In this document: positions 8,660-17,499 of the stretch, piece after piece
Layout of the letters: every line of letters starts with the position of its first letter
How positions within the stretch are numbered: the stretch's first letter is position 1
Assembly: GCA_049700315.1 (NCBI GenBank)
Contig: JBNAVN010000005.1
Coordinates: 4,305-68,304, forward strand
Origin: a bacterium
GTDB taxonomy: Bacteria > Hydrothermota > Tepidihabitantia > SM23-42 > JAOAFX01
Reading direction: 5' to 3'
DNA length: 64,000 bases
Notes under the pieces: generated by a model
What the model saw: only the letters and a program-made list of their open reading frames with translations
What the model was told of the DNA's origin: nothing
The model's database searches: none
Position numbers and translations under genes: made by a program

Positions 8660-10099
8660 ATGATTGAATTATTAATAAATTTTGTAGTATTGTTCGCATA
8701 CACGCAGTTTCCTCCTGATACCATGTGGACACGAACATATGGAGGAGAATATAGTGATGGTGCATATCAGGTGCAGCCAACTATAGACAGTGGATTTATT
8801 GTTACCGGCTGGACATCCCTCACGCCTTTTGATAGAGATGTTTATTTGATAAAGACGGATGACGAAGGTATACTCCAGTGGATAAGGACAATTGGTGGAG
8901 GTGGTCATGATATTGGACGGTCAGTTGCGCAGACTTCAGATAAGGGTTATGTCATAGCTGGGGAGACCAGTTCTTACGGGGCAGGGTCTTTTGATGTCTA
9001 TCTGATAAAGTTTGATTCTGCTGGAAATCTATTATGGGAAAAGACTTTTGGCAGGAGTTTTCAGGATGGTGCCCGATCAATCCAGGAACTTCCCGATGGT
9101 GGTTTCATAATTGCTGGACTTACTGATTCTTTAGGATTTGGTGCCTTCAAAGTATATTTGTTAAAAACAGATGCACAGGGAGAAATAATATGGGAGAAGA
9201 CCTATGGTGGTCAGGGCGCGTGCTGGGCCGAGGAGGTACGGCAGACCAATGATGGAGGTTATATAATCATTGGCAGGAACTACTCAAGTGGTAGCGGTGA
9301 TATCTATCTGGTGAAGTGTGATTTCAATGGTGATACATTGTGGACAAAGATTTTTGGGAACAATGGTGAAGATTATGGATTTTCAGTTAGACAGACTCCA
9401 GACAATGGGTATATAATTTGCGGTTGCACATCATCATTGGGTGCTGGTGGTTATGATATTTACTTGATTAAAACCGATTCGGCAGGCGTAAGAATTTGGG
9501 AAAAGACATTTGGTGGAGCAAATGATGATTATGGATATTCAGTAGCACTTGCTAATGATGGTTTTCTTGTTTCTGGTGCAAGTAACTCCTTGGGGCAGGG
9601 TGCATTTGATATATATCTCATTAAAACGGATAATTCTGGCAATACTTTATGGTATAAAACAATTGGTGGAATTGAGGACGAAATATCTTATTCAGCTCAG
9701 CATACCTTGGATGATGGGTGGATTATTGCTGGAACTACCCGTTCTTTTGGGTCAGGAACCCCAGGGCAACCCAATCTCTATCTCGTAAAACTTGGTTCAG
9801 AGGTTGTAGTTACAGAAGTAAAACGAGAAGAAAAAGGAGTTCTTTTATCCCTTTCACCAACATTATTTAGGGATAAACTTACACTAAAATTAACAACAAC
9901 CTTGAGAAGTCCATTACAGATAGTTCTCTATGATGCTGTTGGTAATAAGGTTTATGAGAAATACAATAATCCGGCCCCCACAATTGAATTGACGGGAAGA
10001 GGAATATCTTTACTTAAAAGTGGGATTTATTTCCTGAGTGTTTATTCAAATGGTAAAAAAATAGGAATGTTTAAGGTAATTCATCTTTCTGCTAAATAA
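8660..10099 (+). CDS. Secreted beta-propeller protein (WxKTYGG repeats) with a T9SS type A-like C-terminal domain
   Basis: Repeated WEKTFGG..D.GYSV.QT.DGGYII.G..DIYLIKTD; C-term LYDAVGNKV..LKSGIYFL. Confidence 0.85.
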   Translation: MIELLINFVVLFAYTQFPPDTMWTRTYGGEYSDGAYQVQPTIDSGFIVTGWTSLTPFDRDVYLIKTDDEGILQWIRTIGGGGHDIGRSVAQTSDKGYVIAGETSSYGAGSFDVYLIKFDSAGNLLWEKTFGRSFQDGARSIQELPDGGFIIAGLTDSLGFGAFKVYLLKTDAQGEIIWEKTYGGQGACWAEEVRQTNDGGYIIIGRNYSSGSGDIYLVKCDFNGDTLWTKIFGNNGEDYGFSVRQTPDNGYIICGCTSSLGAGGYDIYLIKTDSAGVRIWEKTFGGANDDYGYSVALANDGFLVSGASNSLGQGAFDIYLIKTDNSGNTLWYKTIGGIEDEISYSAQHTLDDGWIIAGTTRSFGSGTPGQPNLYLVKLGSEVVVTEVKREEKGVLLSLSPTLFRDKLTLKLTTTLRSPLQIVLYDAVGNKVYEKYNNPAPTIELTGRGISLLKSGIYFLSVYSNGKKIGMFKVIHLSAK

Positions 10100-10274
10100 A
10101 TCTCTCATGGTTCAGCGAAGATATGATATCTTGGCTGGCGATACATAGTCAATAGCGCTATGCAACCTTCAAGTGCTCGGCATTACAAGAGAGTAAATAT
10201 AAGTTTTTAATCTGATGATTTTTTGAAGTAGTATAATCATAAAATTGCTGGGTGAACGCGGACACTTGATTTTT

Positions 10275-10301
10275 GTCGCGATTGGAAAATCGCTCCTACA
10301 G
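10275..10301 (-). repeat. REP-like palindrome, class 1, copy 2
   Basis: Minus strand CTGTAGGAGCGATTTTCCAATCGCGAC: GTAG followed by a GCGATT/AATCGC stem. Confidence 0.7.
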
Positions 10302-10340
10302 GTATGGTTATTGGGCATGAGATTAAAATCCCTACTCCTT

Positions 10341-10436
10341 AATTATTGTGAAAGGTGAAACGTGTAACGTGAAACGGATAAAACAAAAAACTACGATTAA
10401 CGAAACTGTAAAACGATATGGGCTGCGAAACCGTAT
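10341..10436 (+). repeat. 96-bp direct repeat, right copy
   Basis: 88/96 identical to 1280-1375. Confidence 0.9.
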
Positions 10437-10534
10437 GACCCTTAACGATATTCGGGGCGGGATACACTTTTTGATAATCAATCCTGCCGAATGAACTTAT
10501 CCATTAAAATTTTGAATTGAAATTTAAATATAAA

Positions 10535-10606
10535 AGGCGGCAGCCGGATTTGCACCGGCGAATAGCGGTTTTGCAGACCGCCGCCTTGCTACTTGGCTAT
10601 GCCGCC
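10535..10606 (-). tRNA. tRNA-Cys(GCA)
   Basis: Cloverleaf with acceptor stem GGCGGCA/TGCCGCC, anticodon arm GCGGT-CTGCAAA-ACCGC and U73 discriminator; CCA not encoded. Confidence 0.95.
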
Positions 10607-10618
10607 TTAGATATGTTT

Positions 10619-10646
10619 AGTATATTTAAAAATAGAGTGATGTCAA
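10619..10646 (-). promoter_or_regulatory. Promoter of tRNA-Cys
   Basis: TTGACA-16-TATACT, 12 nt upstream of the tRNA. Confidence 0.7.
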
Positions 10647-10657
10647 GTCAACAATTA

Positions 10658-10685
10658 TTGACATTTTTTAAAAAATAACTATAAT
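10658..10685 (+). promoter_or_regulatory. Promoter of the murA operon (likely leaderless)
   Basis: TTGACA-16-TATAAT, 6 nt before the ATG; no SD. Confidence 0.8.
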
Positions 10686-10691
10686 CCATTT

Positions 10692-11954
10692 ATGGATAGA
10701 TTTGTTATAGAGGGTGGTAAAAGACTTTCTGGCGTTGTTGAAATTTCAGGTGCAAAGAATTCAGCATTACCGATCATCGCTGCATCAATACTTACTGACA
10801 AACGAGTAATCATTGAGAATGTTCCGGATGTAGTAGATGTCCATACAATGATTGAACTTATCAGGCATCTTGGTTCATCTGTTAGTTTTAAGAAAAATAT
10901 CCTTGAGATTTATACTCCGAAGATTAGAAATATTGTAGCACCATATAATATTGTCAGGAAAATGAGGGCCTCCTATTATGCACTTGGCGCGCTCATTGCT
11001 CGTGAAAAGAAGGCAAAGGTTTCTTTGCCTGGTGGTTGTGCGATAGGTCCAAGACCTGTTGATCTGCATATCAAGGGATTAAAGGCACTTAATTGCAACA
11101 TTACAATTGACCACGGTTATATACACGCCAATTGTAAGAAACTGAAAGGTAATGAAGTCAATCTTCAGGGTGCAAAAGGAACTTCGGTCGGTGCAACAAT
11201 CAATGTGATGCTTGCAGCTACTGGTGGACAGGGCACAACCATTATAAATTCTGCTGCCTGTGAACCCGAAGTTGTGGATGTAGCGAATTTTTTGAAGAAA
11301 TTGGGTGTCAATATTAAGGGTGCAGGAACAAATCAGATAACAATAAGGGGCAACTGGTGCCCGTTTGAAGGGCATTACAGAATCATTCCCGACCGAATTG
11401 AGACCGGGACATTTGTCGTAGCATCAGCAATTACTGCAGGGAATGTTACAATCAGGAATTGTCAGCCTGAACACCTTACTGCAGTGATTGATAAGATTAA
11501 AGAAGTTGGCGCAGATGTTCAATTAAGGAATAATGAGATTGTAGTAAAAGGGAGAAAGCGGATTCTGCCAACAGATATCTTTGTTGCTCCATATCCGGGT
11601 TTTCCCACAGATATGCAGGCACAATTTATGGCATTGCTATCCATGTGCAAAGGGACAAGTACGATAAAGGAGACAATTTTTGAAAATAGGTTTATGCAGG
11701 CAGTGGAATTGAGTAGAATGGGCGCGAATATTACCCTTGAGGGTGACACTGCAGTGATCAAAGGTGTCAAGGAATTGACCGGGACTTATGTAATGGCTTC
11801 GGATTTAAGGGCTTCGGCATGTCTGGTTCTTGCTGGCTTGGCAGCCAAGGGGAAGACTTATGTTCGTCGTATATATCACCTTGATAGGGGATATGAACAA
11901 TTTGAGAGAAAATTGAGACAACTCGGTGCGCGTATAAAAAGAGAGAAAGAATGA
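10692..11954 (+). CDS. murA: UDP-N-acetylglucosamine 1-carboxyvinyltransferase
   Basis: SGAKNSALP, LPGGCAIGPRPVDLH (catalytic Cys), PGFPTDMQAQ, DLRASA. Confidence 0.97.
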   Translation: MDRFVIEGGKRLSGVVEISGAKNSALPIIAASILTDKRVIIENVPDVVDVHTMIELIRHLGSSVSFKKNILEIYTPKIRNIVAPYNIVRKMRASYYALGALIAREKKAKVSLPGGCAIGPRPVDLHIKGLKALNCNITIDHGYIHANCKKLKGNEVNLQGAKGTSVGATINVMLAATGGQGTTIINSAACEPEVVDVANFLKKLGVNIKGAGTNQITIRGNWCPFEGHYRIIPDRIETGTFVVASAITAGNVTIRNCQPEHLTAVIDKIKEVGADVQLRNNEIVVKGRKRILPTDIFVAPYPGFPTDMQAQFMALLSMCKGTSTIKETIFENRFMQAVELSRMGANITLEGDTAVIKGVKELTGTYVMASDLRASACLVLAGLAAKGKTYVRRIYHLDRGYEQFERKLRQLGARIKREKE

Positions 11955-13006
11955 GAAAGATAAAAAGGGTTGTTAGAATCGGTAACATAAAGATTGGAGG
12001 CAAGAATCCAATTGTTGTCCAATCAATGACCAAGACCAGGACTTCAGATATCAAAAGGTCCGTTAATCAAATCAAAAGAATGGAGAAAAAGGGTTGCGAA
12101 CTGGTGCGCCTTGCAGTAGTTAACAAGAGTGATGCAAATGCATTAAAGGAAATAAAAAAACAGATTGCTATTCCAATGGTTGCTGATATTCACTTTGATT
12201 ACCGACTTGCACTAATGGCAATAGATGCAGGAGTAGATAAACTCCGCATCAATCCTGGCAACATAGGTGATGAATGGAAGGTGAGTGAAATAATCAAAAA
12301 GGCATCAGATTATAAAATCCCGATTCGTATTGGCATAAATACCGGTTCTCTGCCCAAAAAAATACTGTCAAAATACAAACACCCCACTTCAGACGCAGTA
12401 ATTGAAACCCTTAATTCCAGTCTTGAGATCTTTTATAAAAACAACTTTTCGGATATTGTTATTTCAGCAAAATCTCCTGATGTCTGTGAAACAATTGAGG
12501 TATATGAGGCGATTCATAAGAAATTTGATTACCCTCTACATCTTGGAATAACAGAATCAGGACTTGTTTTTTCTGGTGGGATCAGAAGTGCAATTGGAAT
12601 TGGTATTCTTCTGCATCAGGGTATTGGAGATACCATTCGTGTATCACTTGCTGGTGAACCAGAAAAAGAAGTTGTGGCAGGCTATGAGATTTTGAAGTCT
12701 CTGCATTTGAGAGAATATGGCCCAAAATTGATTGTCTGTCCAACCTGTGGAAGATGTGAAGTCAATTTGTTGAAGATTGCGCGTCTTGTAGAAAAACGAT
12801 TGGACCATAAGAAATATCCTCTGACCATAGCAGTAATGGGTTGTGTGGTGAATGGACCTGGTGAGGCAAAGGAGGCAGATTTTGGCATTGCCTGTGGCAA
12901 GAGAGTTGGTGCGATTTTTGCCCGGGGCAGAGAAATAAAAAGAGTAGCAGAAAAAAAACTCGTTGAAGAACTGTTTGAGGTGATAAATGAGAACATTAAT
13001 CATTGA
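11951..13006 (+). CDS. ispG: 4-hydroxy-3-methylbut-2-en-1-yl diphosphate synthase
   Basis: VQSMT, VADIHF, RINPGN, GDTIRVSL, CPTCGRC, MGCVVNGPGE. Confidence 0.97.
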   Translation: MRKIKRVVRIGNIKIGGKNPIVVQSMTKTRTSDIKRSVNQIKRMEKKGCELVRLAVVNKSDANALKEIKKQIAIPMVADIHFDYRLALMAIDAGVDKLRINPGNIGDEWKVSEIIKKASDYKIPIRIGINTGSLPKKILSKYKHPTSDAVIETLNSSLEIFYKNNFSDIVISAKSPDVCETIEVYEAIHKKFDYPLHLGITESGLVFSGGIRSAIGIGILLHQGIGDTIRVSLAGEPEKEVVAGYEILKSLHLREYGPKLIVCPTCGRCEVNLLKIARLVEKRLDHKKYPLTIAVMGCVVNGPGEAKEADFGIACGKRVGAIFARGREIKRVAEKKLVEELFEVINENINH

Positions 13007-13592
13007 TTGTTATCTACCAAATTCACCCCAGATAGAACATCTTTACAAAGTAATCAGTGATGTTACTACAGATATTGTTGAAATAAAAGACTCTTCAACT
13101 ATCGGGGTTCAGGAAGATGTGAGACTATATAATGCTATTATCATATCCGGTTCACAAAGGAAACTTGCGGAGATTGGTACATTTGAACTTTATTCCAATC
13201 TTGCTGAATTGATAAAACACTGCGAAAAACCAATATTGGGCATTTGTTTCGGACATCAGTTGATTTCAATGGCATTCTATGAAGATGTTGTTTCAATGGG
13301 AAACAGGATAGAAGGCTATTATATGGTTAAAAAGGTAAATCATGATGATCTTTTTGATGGATTGGCTGAAAAATTTCTCGTAATGGAATCACACGAAGAA
13401 ATGGTGGTCAATGTACCTTATGAATTCATAAAACTTGCCGAATCTCCAAATTGTCCGATTGAGGCGATAAAACACAGGATTCTGCCGATCTATGGGGTGC
13501 AATTTCATCCTGAAAGATTTGACGACAAACATCCGGCAGGTGTTATAATTCTTGAAAATTTCTTCAGGATCGCAAGTTTTTATATAAAATAG
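12987..13592 (+). CDS. Class I glutamine amidotransferase (GMP synthase subunit A-like)
   Basis: PILGICFGHQL nucleophile elbow and GVQFHPE (His-Glu). Confidence 0.88.
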   Translation: MRTLIIDCYLPNSPQIEHLYKVISDVTTDIVEIKDSSTIGVQEDVRLYNAIIISGSQRKLAEIGTFELYSNLAELIKHCEKPILGICFGHQLISMAFYEDVVSMGNRIEGYYMVKKVNHDDLFDGLAEKFLVMESHEEMVVNVPYEFIKLAESPNCPIEAIKHRILPIYGVQFHPERFDDKHPAGVIILENFFRIASFYIK

Positions 13593-13645
13593 ATTTGTTT
13601 GAACAGTTTGTCACGAGGTTTAAGGAGTAAAAAAGGAGAAAATGA

Positions 13646-14866
13646 ATGAAGAAAGAAATTGATTTTTATATGAAGAAAAATGGTGCGAATGCAATCGTCG
13701 CAATGGGCAGTGTACATAATGATTCAATTATGTATTATCTCTTAAATGGTGTTAATATAACTGCCTGTTATGTCAAAAAATATAAACAGCCTGCGCGTAT
13801 AATTCATTCGGCAATTGAACGCGAAGAGGCAATGAAGACTAAGTTGAAGAGGATTGGATGGGAGAAATTCGGAATCAATGAAATCTATAGTAAATACAGA
13901 GATCGTATAAAGGCGAATGCAATCTTGCTTGATGCAGTCCTGAGGAATTTCAAGATAAAAGGCAGGATCGCATTCTATGGCAATGCATCTTTTGCATATG
14001 GTTATAATCTTCTCAAGCAATTAAAAAGGATCAATAACAAGATAGAAATCCTTTATGAACCAGAAAGAAGCCTTATTACAGAATTACGAATGACAAAGGA
14101 TGAACAGGAGATAAAGAGAATAAAAAAAGTTAGAAATGGAGTGATCAGAGCGTTTGACAAGACCATTGATTGGGTACGGAAGATGAAAGTTAAGGATGGG
14201 TTTATTTACAAAGAGAAGAATCGCAAACTATTGATTAGAGATTTAAAAAGACATATTTCTGATGAATTATTCAAAGATGGGTTTGTCAACTCAAGTGGTT
14301 TGATTATTTCTCAGGCAAGGGACGCAGGTGTTCCTCATAATTCTGGTAAAGATGCCGAGCCGGTAAAAACAGGTAAAACGGTTGTTTTTGATATATTCCC
14401 CCAGGAAATTGGTGGTGGTTACTATTTTGATTTTACAAGGACAGTCTGTTTTGGTTTTGCACCTGACAATATCAAAAGAGAATATGAACAGGTAAAGCAG
14501 GCCCAGAATATTGCCTTTGATAATCTGCGCATTGGTAGAAGGACAAGGGATGTTGAAAAGGCAGTTTGCCAGTATTTTGAAAAAAATGGACATCCAACAT
14601 TTCTTAGTTATCCTGGTGTTCAGAAAGGATATTGTCATTCTTTAGGACATGGTCTGGGTCTAAATGTCCATGAAAACCCGGGGTTTGGATTGCTGAAAAC
14701 AAATCTGGATCGTCTGGAAAAAGGTATGGTCTTCACAATTGAGCCCGGTTTATATTATCCGGAAAAAGCGTATGGAATAAGGCTTGAGGATGTTATCTAT
14801 CTTGATCAGAAAGCAAGGGTGGTCAATCTTACGAATTACCCGAGAAAACTTGTGGTTGAAATGTGA
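13646..14866 (+). CDS. M24 family Xaa-Pro aminopeptidase
   Basis: YYFDFTRT, HSLGHGLGLNVHE, TIEPGLY, GIRLED metal-binding motifs. Confidence 0.9.
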   Translation: MKKEIDFYMKKNGANAIVAMGSVHNDSIMYYLLNGVNITACYVKKYKQPARIIHSAIEREEAMKTKLKRIGWEKFGINEIYSKYRDRIKANAILLDAVLRNFKIKGRIAFYGNASFAYGYNLLKQLKRINNKIEILYEPERSLITELRMTKDEQEIKRIKKVRNGVIRAFDKTIDWVRKMKVKDGFIYKEKNRKLLIRDLKRHISDELFKDGFVNSSGLIISQARDAGVPHNSGKDAEPVKTGKTVVFDIFPQEIGGGYYFDFTRTVCFGFAPDNIKREYEQVKQAQNIAFDNLRIGRRTRDVEKAVCQYFEKNGHPTFLSYPGVQKGYCHSLGHGLGLNVHENPGFGLLKTNLDRLEKGMVFTIEPGLYYPEKAYGIRLEDVIYLDQKARVVNLTNYPRKLVVEM

Positions 14867-14880
14867 GGTGTACTTAAGTA

Positions 14881-14908
14881 TTGACTTTTGCCATTTTTTG
14901 AATATAAT
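14881..14908 (+). promoter_or_regulatory. Orphan consensus promoter
   Basis: TTGACT-16-TATAAT with no + strand CDS downstream. Confidence 0.6.
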
Positions 14909-14951
14909 AAACCATTAAACTATTTAGGGTGTCTAATAAATAGATCATCTT

Positions 14952-15002
14952 TCCCCTCCCGGTCGTGGCCCTCGGGCCGCGGCCGGAGGGGATTTTATGT
15001 TT
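14952..15002 (+). terminator. GC-rich intrinsic terminator
   Basis: TCCCCTCC(C)GGTCGTGGCC-CTCG-GGCCGCGGCCGGAGGGGA followed by TTTTATGTTT. Confidence 0.75.
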
Positions 15003-15737
15003 TTAGAGGAATTTTAGCGCATTCAAAGCCATGCCATTGAGGTGGTAAAACACATAAGATTCAAATACTTTTTTTAATAATGGACACACTTCAGGAGTGA
15101 TGTCAAAGGGATATAGGTTCTTTTTTGCATTCTTAATAGCCTCAATTGCCTCTTTTCCCAGTTTGATCACTGATTCATCAAAATGTGTATCGCACACAAG
15201 CCCGCCTGCTGAAATGCTGAAATTGAATACTGGATTGTCATAGACCGGTTTATGACAACGTACACAATCCAGTGTATGAGGGTCAAGCCCTGCAAACTTC
15301 AGCGTTCTAAAAAGCATTATCAGTGTCCATAATCTTGTGATTTCATCATTTATCTTAGAGATCTTCTGGAAAAATGATAAGGTTAGATTGTAAAGTGCTG
15401 GATTTGGTTCTTCAAATACCTGAATTCTGTCAATAAACTCACAGATTGTCTCACAGGCAGTGACCTTAACAGTAGATTGCCTGATATCCGAAAAATCATC
15501 AATAATCAGTGCATCAGAAAGGGTATAGACATCCTTGAATTCTCTTCTATAAAAGATTATTTCAGAATGATTAAAAGGCTCAAGGGTGCCACACAGTTTG
15601 CTTCTGGGTCTGCGTGCACCTTTGGCAAGGAGATTCAATTTGCCAAAGTCTTTACTCAAAACCGAGCAGAAAAGGCTTGATTCTTTGAATGGAAATGTAC
15701 GCAGGATAATGCCTCTGGTTTTCTGGATATCAGGCAT
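15003..15737 (-). CDS. recO: DNA repair protein RecO
   Basis: GIILRT.PFKESS, GKLNLLAKGARRP, C4 Zn module CVRC..GGLVCDTH. Confidence 0.93.
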   Translation of the reverse strand: MPDIQKTRGIILRTFPFKESSLFCSVLSKDFGKLNLLAKGARRPRSKLCGTLEPFNHSEIIFYRREFKDVYTLSDALIIDDFSDIRQSTVKVTACETICEFIDRIQVFEEPNPALYNLTLSFFQKISKINDEITRLWTLIMLFRTLKFAGLDPHTLDCVRCHKPVYDNPVFNFSISAGGLVCDTHFDESVIKLGKEAIEAIKNAKKNLYPFDITPEVCPLLKKVFESYVFYHLNGMALNALKFL

Positions 15738-15757
15738 TTCAAATCAAATCGTCTTAT

Positions 15758-17482
15758 TTACTCTTCAATTCTTAGATGTAGTTCTTTCAATTGCTCTGGC
15801 TCAACAACATCAGGAATATTTTCAAGTAAGCCCTGTGCCTGGGTTGTCTTGGGAAATGCTATGACGTCCCTGATTGATTTTACACCGGTAAGGAGCATTA
15901 CTATTCTTTCAATGCCCGGAGCAATACCACCATGGGGTGGTGCACCATAATCAAGTGCCTCAAGTAAAAGTCCAAATTTTTTTCCTGCAGTCTCCTTATC
16001 CACCCCTAATATTTCAAATATCTTTTCCTGCAGTTGTCGGTTATTATTTCTGATACTGCCTGAGGCAAGTTCATTGCCATTCAGCACAAGGTCATACTGT
16101 CTGCCCCTTACTTTTAGCGGGTCTGAATCAAGATATTCCAGATCTTCTGGTTTTGGCTGGGTAAATGGGTGATGGCAGGGACTAAATCTGCCTGTTTTTT
16201 CATCTATTTCAAACAGGGGAAAATCATAGACCCATAGAAAATGGAAATTCGTGCCTCGCAAATTGAGCTCATCAGCAATGCGGTTCCTCAATGAACCAAG
16301 AAAAGAGAGTATTTTTCTGTCTCCTGCAGCTGTTATCAATAGGGCACCATCTTTGAGTCCAATCTGGTTTGTGATCTCTTCATTGAGATATTTAGCAATG
16401 CTTCCGCTCAGGTTTGCCTCTTTCCTTACCCAGTATATTCCGCCTAATCCTGCATTTTTTGCGTCTTCATTATACTCATCAAGCAATTTTCGTGAAATTG
16501 CCTTCCCATTTGGGACTATTATTCCGCTTATCTTTTCTTTATCAAAAAACGGGGGAAACTGCAATTTGCTAAAATTTTGCTTTAAGTCAATAATTTCCAA
16601 ACCAAAACTCATATCCGGCTTGTCTGTGCCATATTTGTTCATTACCTGTTCAAATGTAAATCTTGGAAAAGGTATTTTTAGTTCCTTGTTGAGCACTTTT
16701 TTGAAAATATACTTAAACATTCCTTCAATCAATTGATAAATGTCTTCTTCATTTACAAATGACATCTCAAGGTCTAACTGTGTGAATTCTGGCTGTCTAT
16801 CATGTCTTGGGTCTTCGTCCCGCATACATCTTGCGATCTGATAGTATCTTTCAAATCCTGCAACCATAAGAAGTTGCTTGTACATCTGAGGAGATTGCGC
16901 AAGTGCATAAAACTTGCCAGGATACAATCGTGAAGGAACAAGATAATCCCTTGCACCCTCAGGCATACTCCTGGTAAGAATTGGTGTTTCAATTTCAATA
17001 AAACCGTTGGTGTTGAGATATTCACGGATTGCAGTTACTATGTAATGTCTGAAAATAATTATTTTTTGCATTGAGAGTCGTCTTAGATCAAGATAGCGAT
17101 ATTTCAAACGCAATTCTTCACTTGCCTTGAGTTCTTCTTCAACAACAAATGGTGGTGTCTTTGACCGGGCAAGCACAGTTAACTGTCTGACATCAAGTTC
17201 AATCTCACCTGCTGGAACATCTTTGTTTTTTTGATTTTCAGGTCGTTCACGAACAAATCCATTCACCATTATGCAATCCTGAAGATTTAATTTGTTTGCC
17301 TCAGGAATCTTTTTTGGGTCTAATACAAGCTGTAGTATTCCGGTGCGGTCTTTGAGGTCAATAAAGACAAGGCCACCCAGATTTCTAATCTTGAATACCC
17401 AACCGGCAATCTGAAGTTCCTTGCTTGCATAGGATTTATCAATCTGGGCATTGAAAATCTGTTTAATTGGACCCCCTGACAC
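15758..17482 (-). CDS. aspS: Aspartate--tRNA ligase
   Basis: PEGARDYLVPSR, QSPQMYKQLLM, RDED..RQPEFTQ, PPHGGIAPGIER. Confidence 0.96.
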   Translation of the reverse strand: MSGGPIKQIFNAQIDKSYASKELQIAGWVFKIRNLGGLVFIDLKDRTGILQLVLDPKKIPEANKLNLQDCIMVNGFVRERPENQKNKDVPAGEIELDVRQLTVLARSKTPPFVVEEELKASEELRLKYRYLDLRRLSMQKIIIFRHYIVTAIREYLNTNGFIEIETPILTRSMPEGARDYLVPSRLYPGKFYALAQSPQMYKQLLMVAGFERYYQIARCMRDEDPRHDRQPEFTQLDLEMSFVNEEDIYQLIEGMFKYIFKKVLNKELKIPFPRFTFEQVMNKYGTDKPDMSFGLEIIDLKQNFSKLQFPPFFDKEKISGIIVPNGKAISRKLLDEYNEDAKNAGLGGIYWVRKEANLSGSIAKYLNEEITNQIGLKDGALLITAAGDRKILSFLGSLRNRIADELNLRGTNFHFLWVYDFPLFEIDEKTGRFSPCHHPFTQPKPEDLEYLDSDPLKVRGRQYDLVLNGNELASGSIRNNNRQLQEKIFEILGVDKETAGKKFGLLLEALDYGAPPHGGIAPGIERIVMLLTGVKSIRDVIAFPKTTQAQGLLENIPDVVEPEQLKELHLRIEE

Positions 17483-17499
17483 CGTATGCTTTATTATAG

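Noticed and set aside
10113-10137. Inverted repeat CAGC-G-AAGATAT-G-ATATCTT-G-GCTG after the third secreted-protein gene
   Set aside because: Single occurrence with no U-tract; it cannot be told apart from a chance palindrome or a weak terminator.
1280-10436. 96-bp AAC-rich repeat pair as a DGR template/variable repeat
   Set aside because: The mismatches are mixed (C/T x3, G/A x2, A/G x2, A/T x1), not adenine-specific. Neither copy is in a credible CDS, and no reverse transcriptase is in the window.
15758-17482. Non-discriminating AspRS
   Set aside because: The anticodon-domain motif reads RNLGG, not the His-containing RDHGG type, and no gatCAB is in view.
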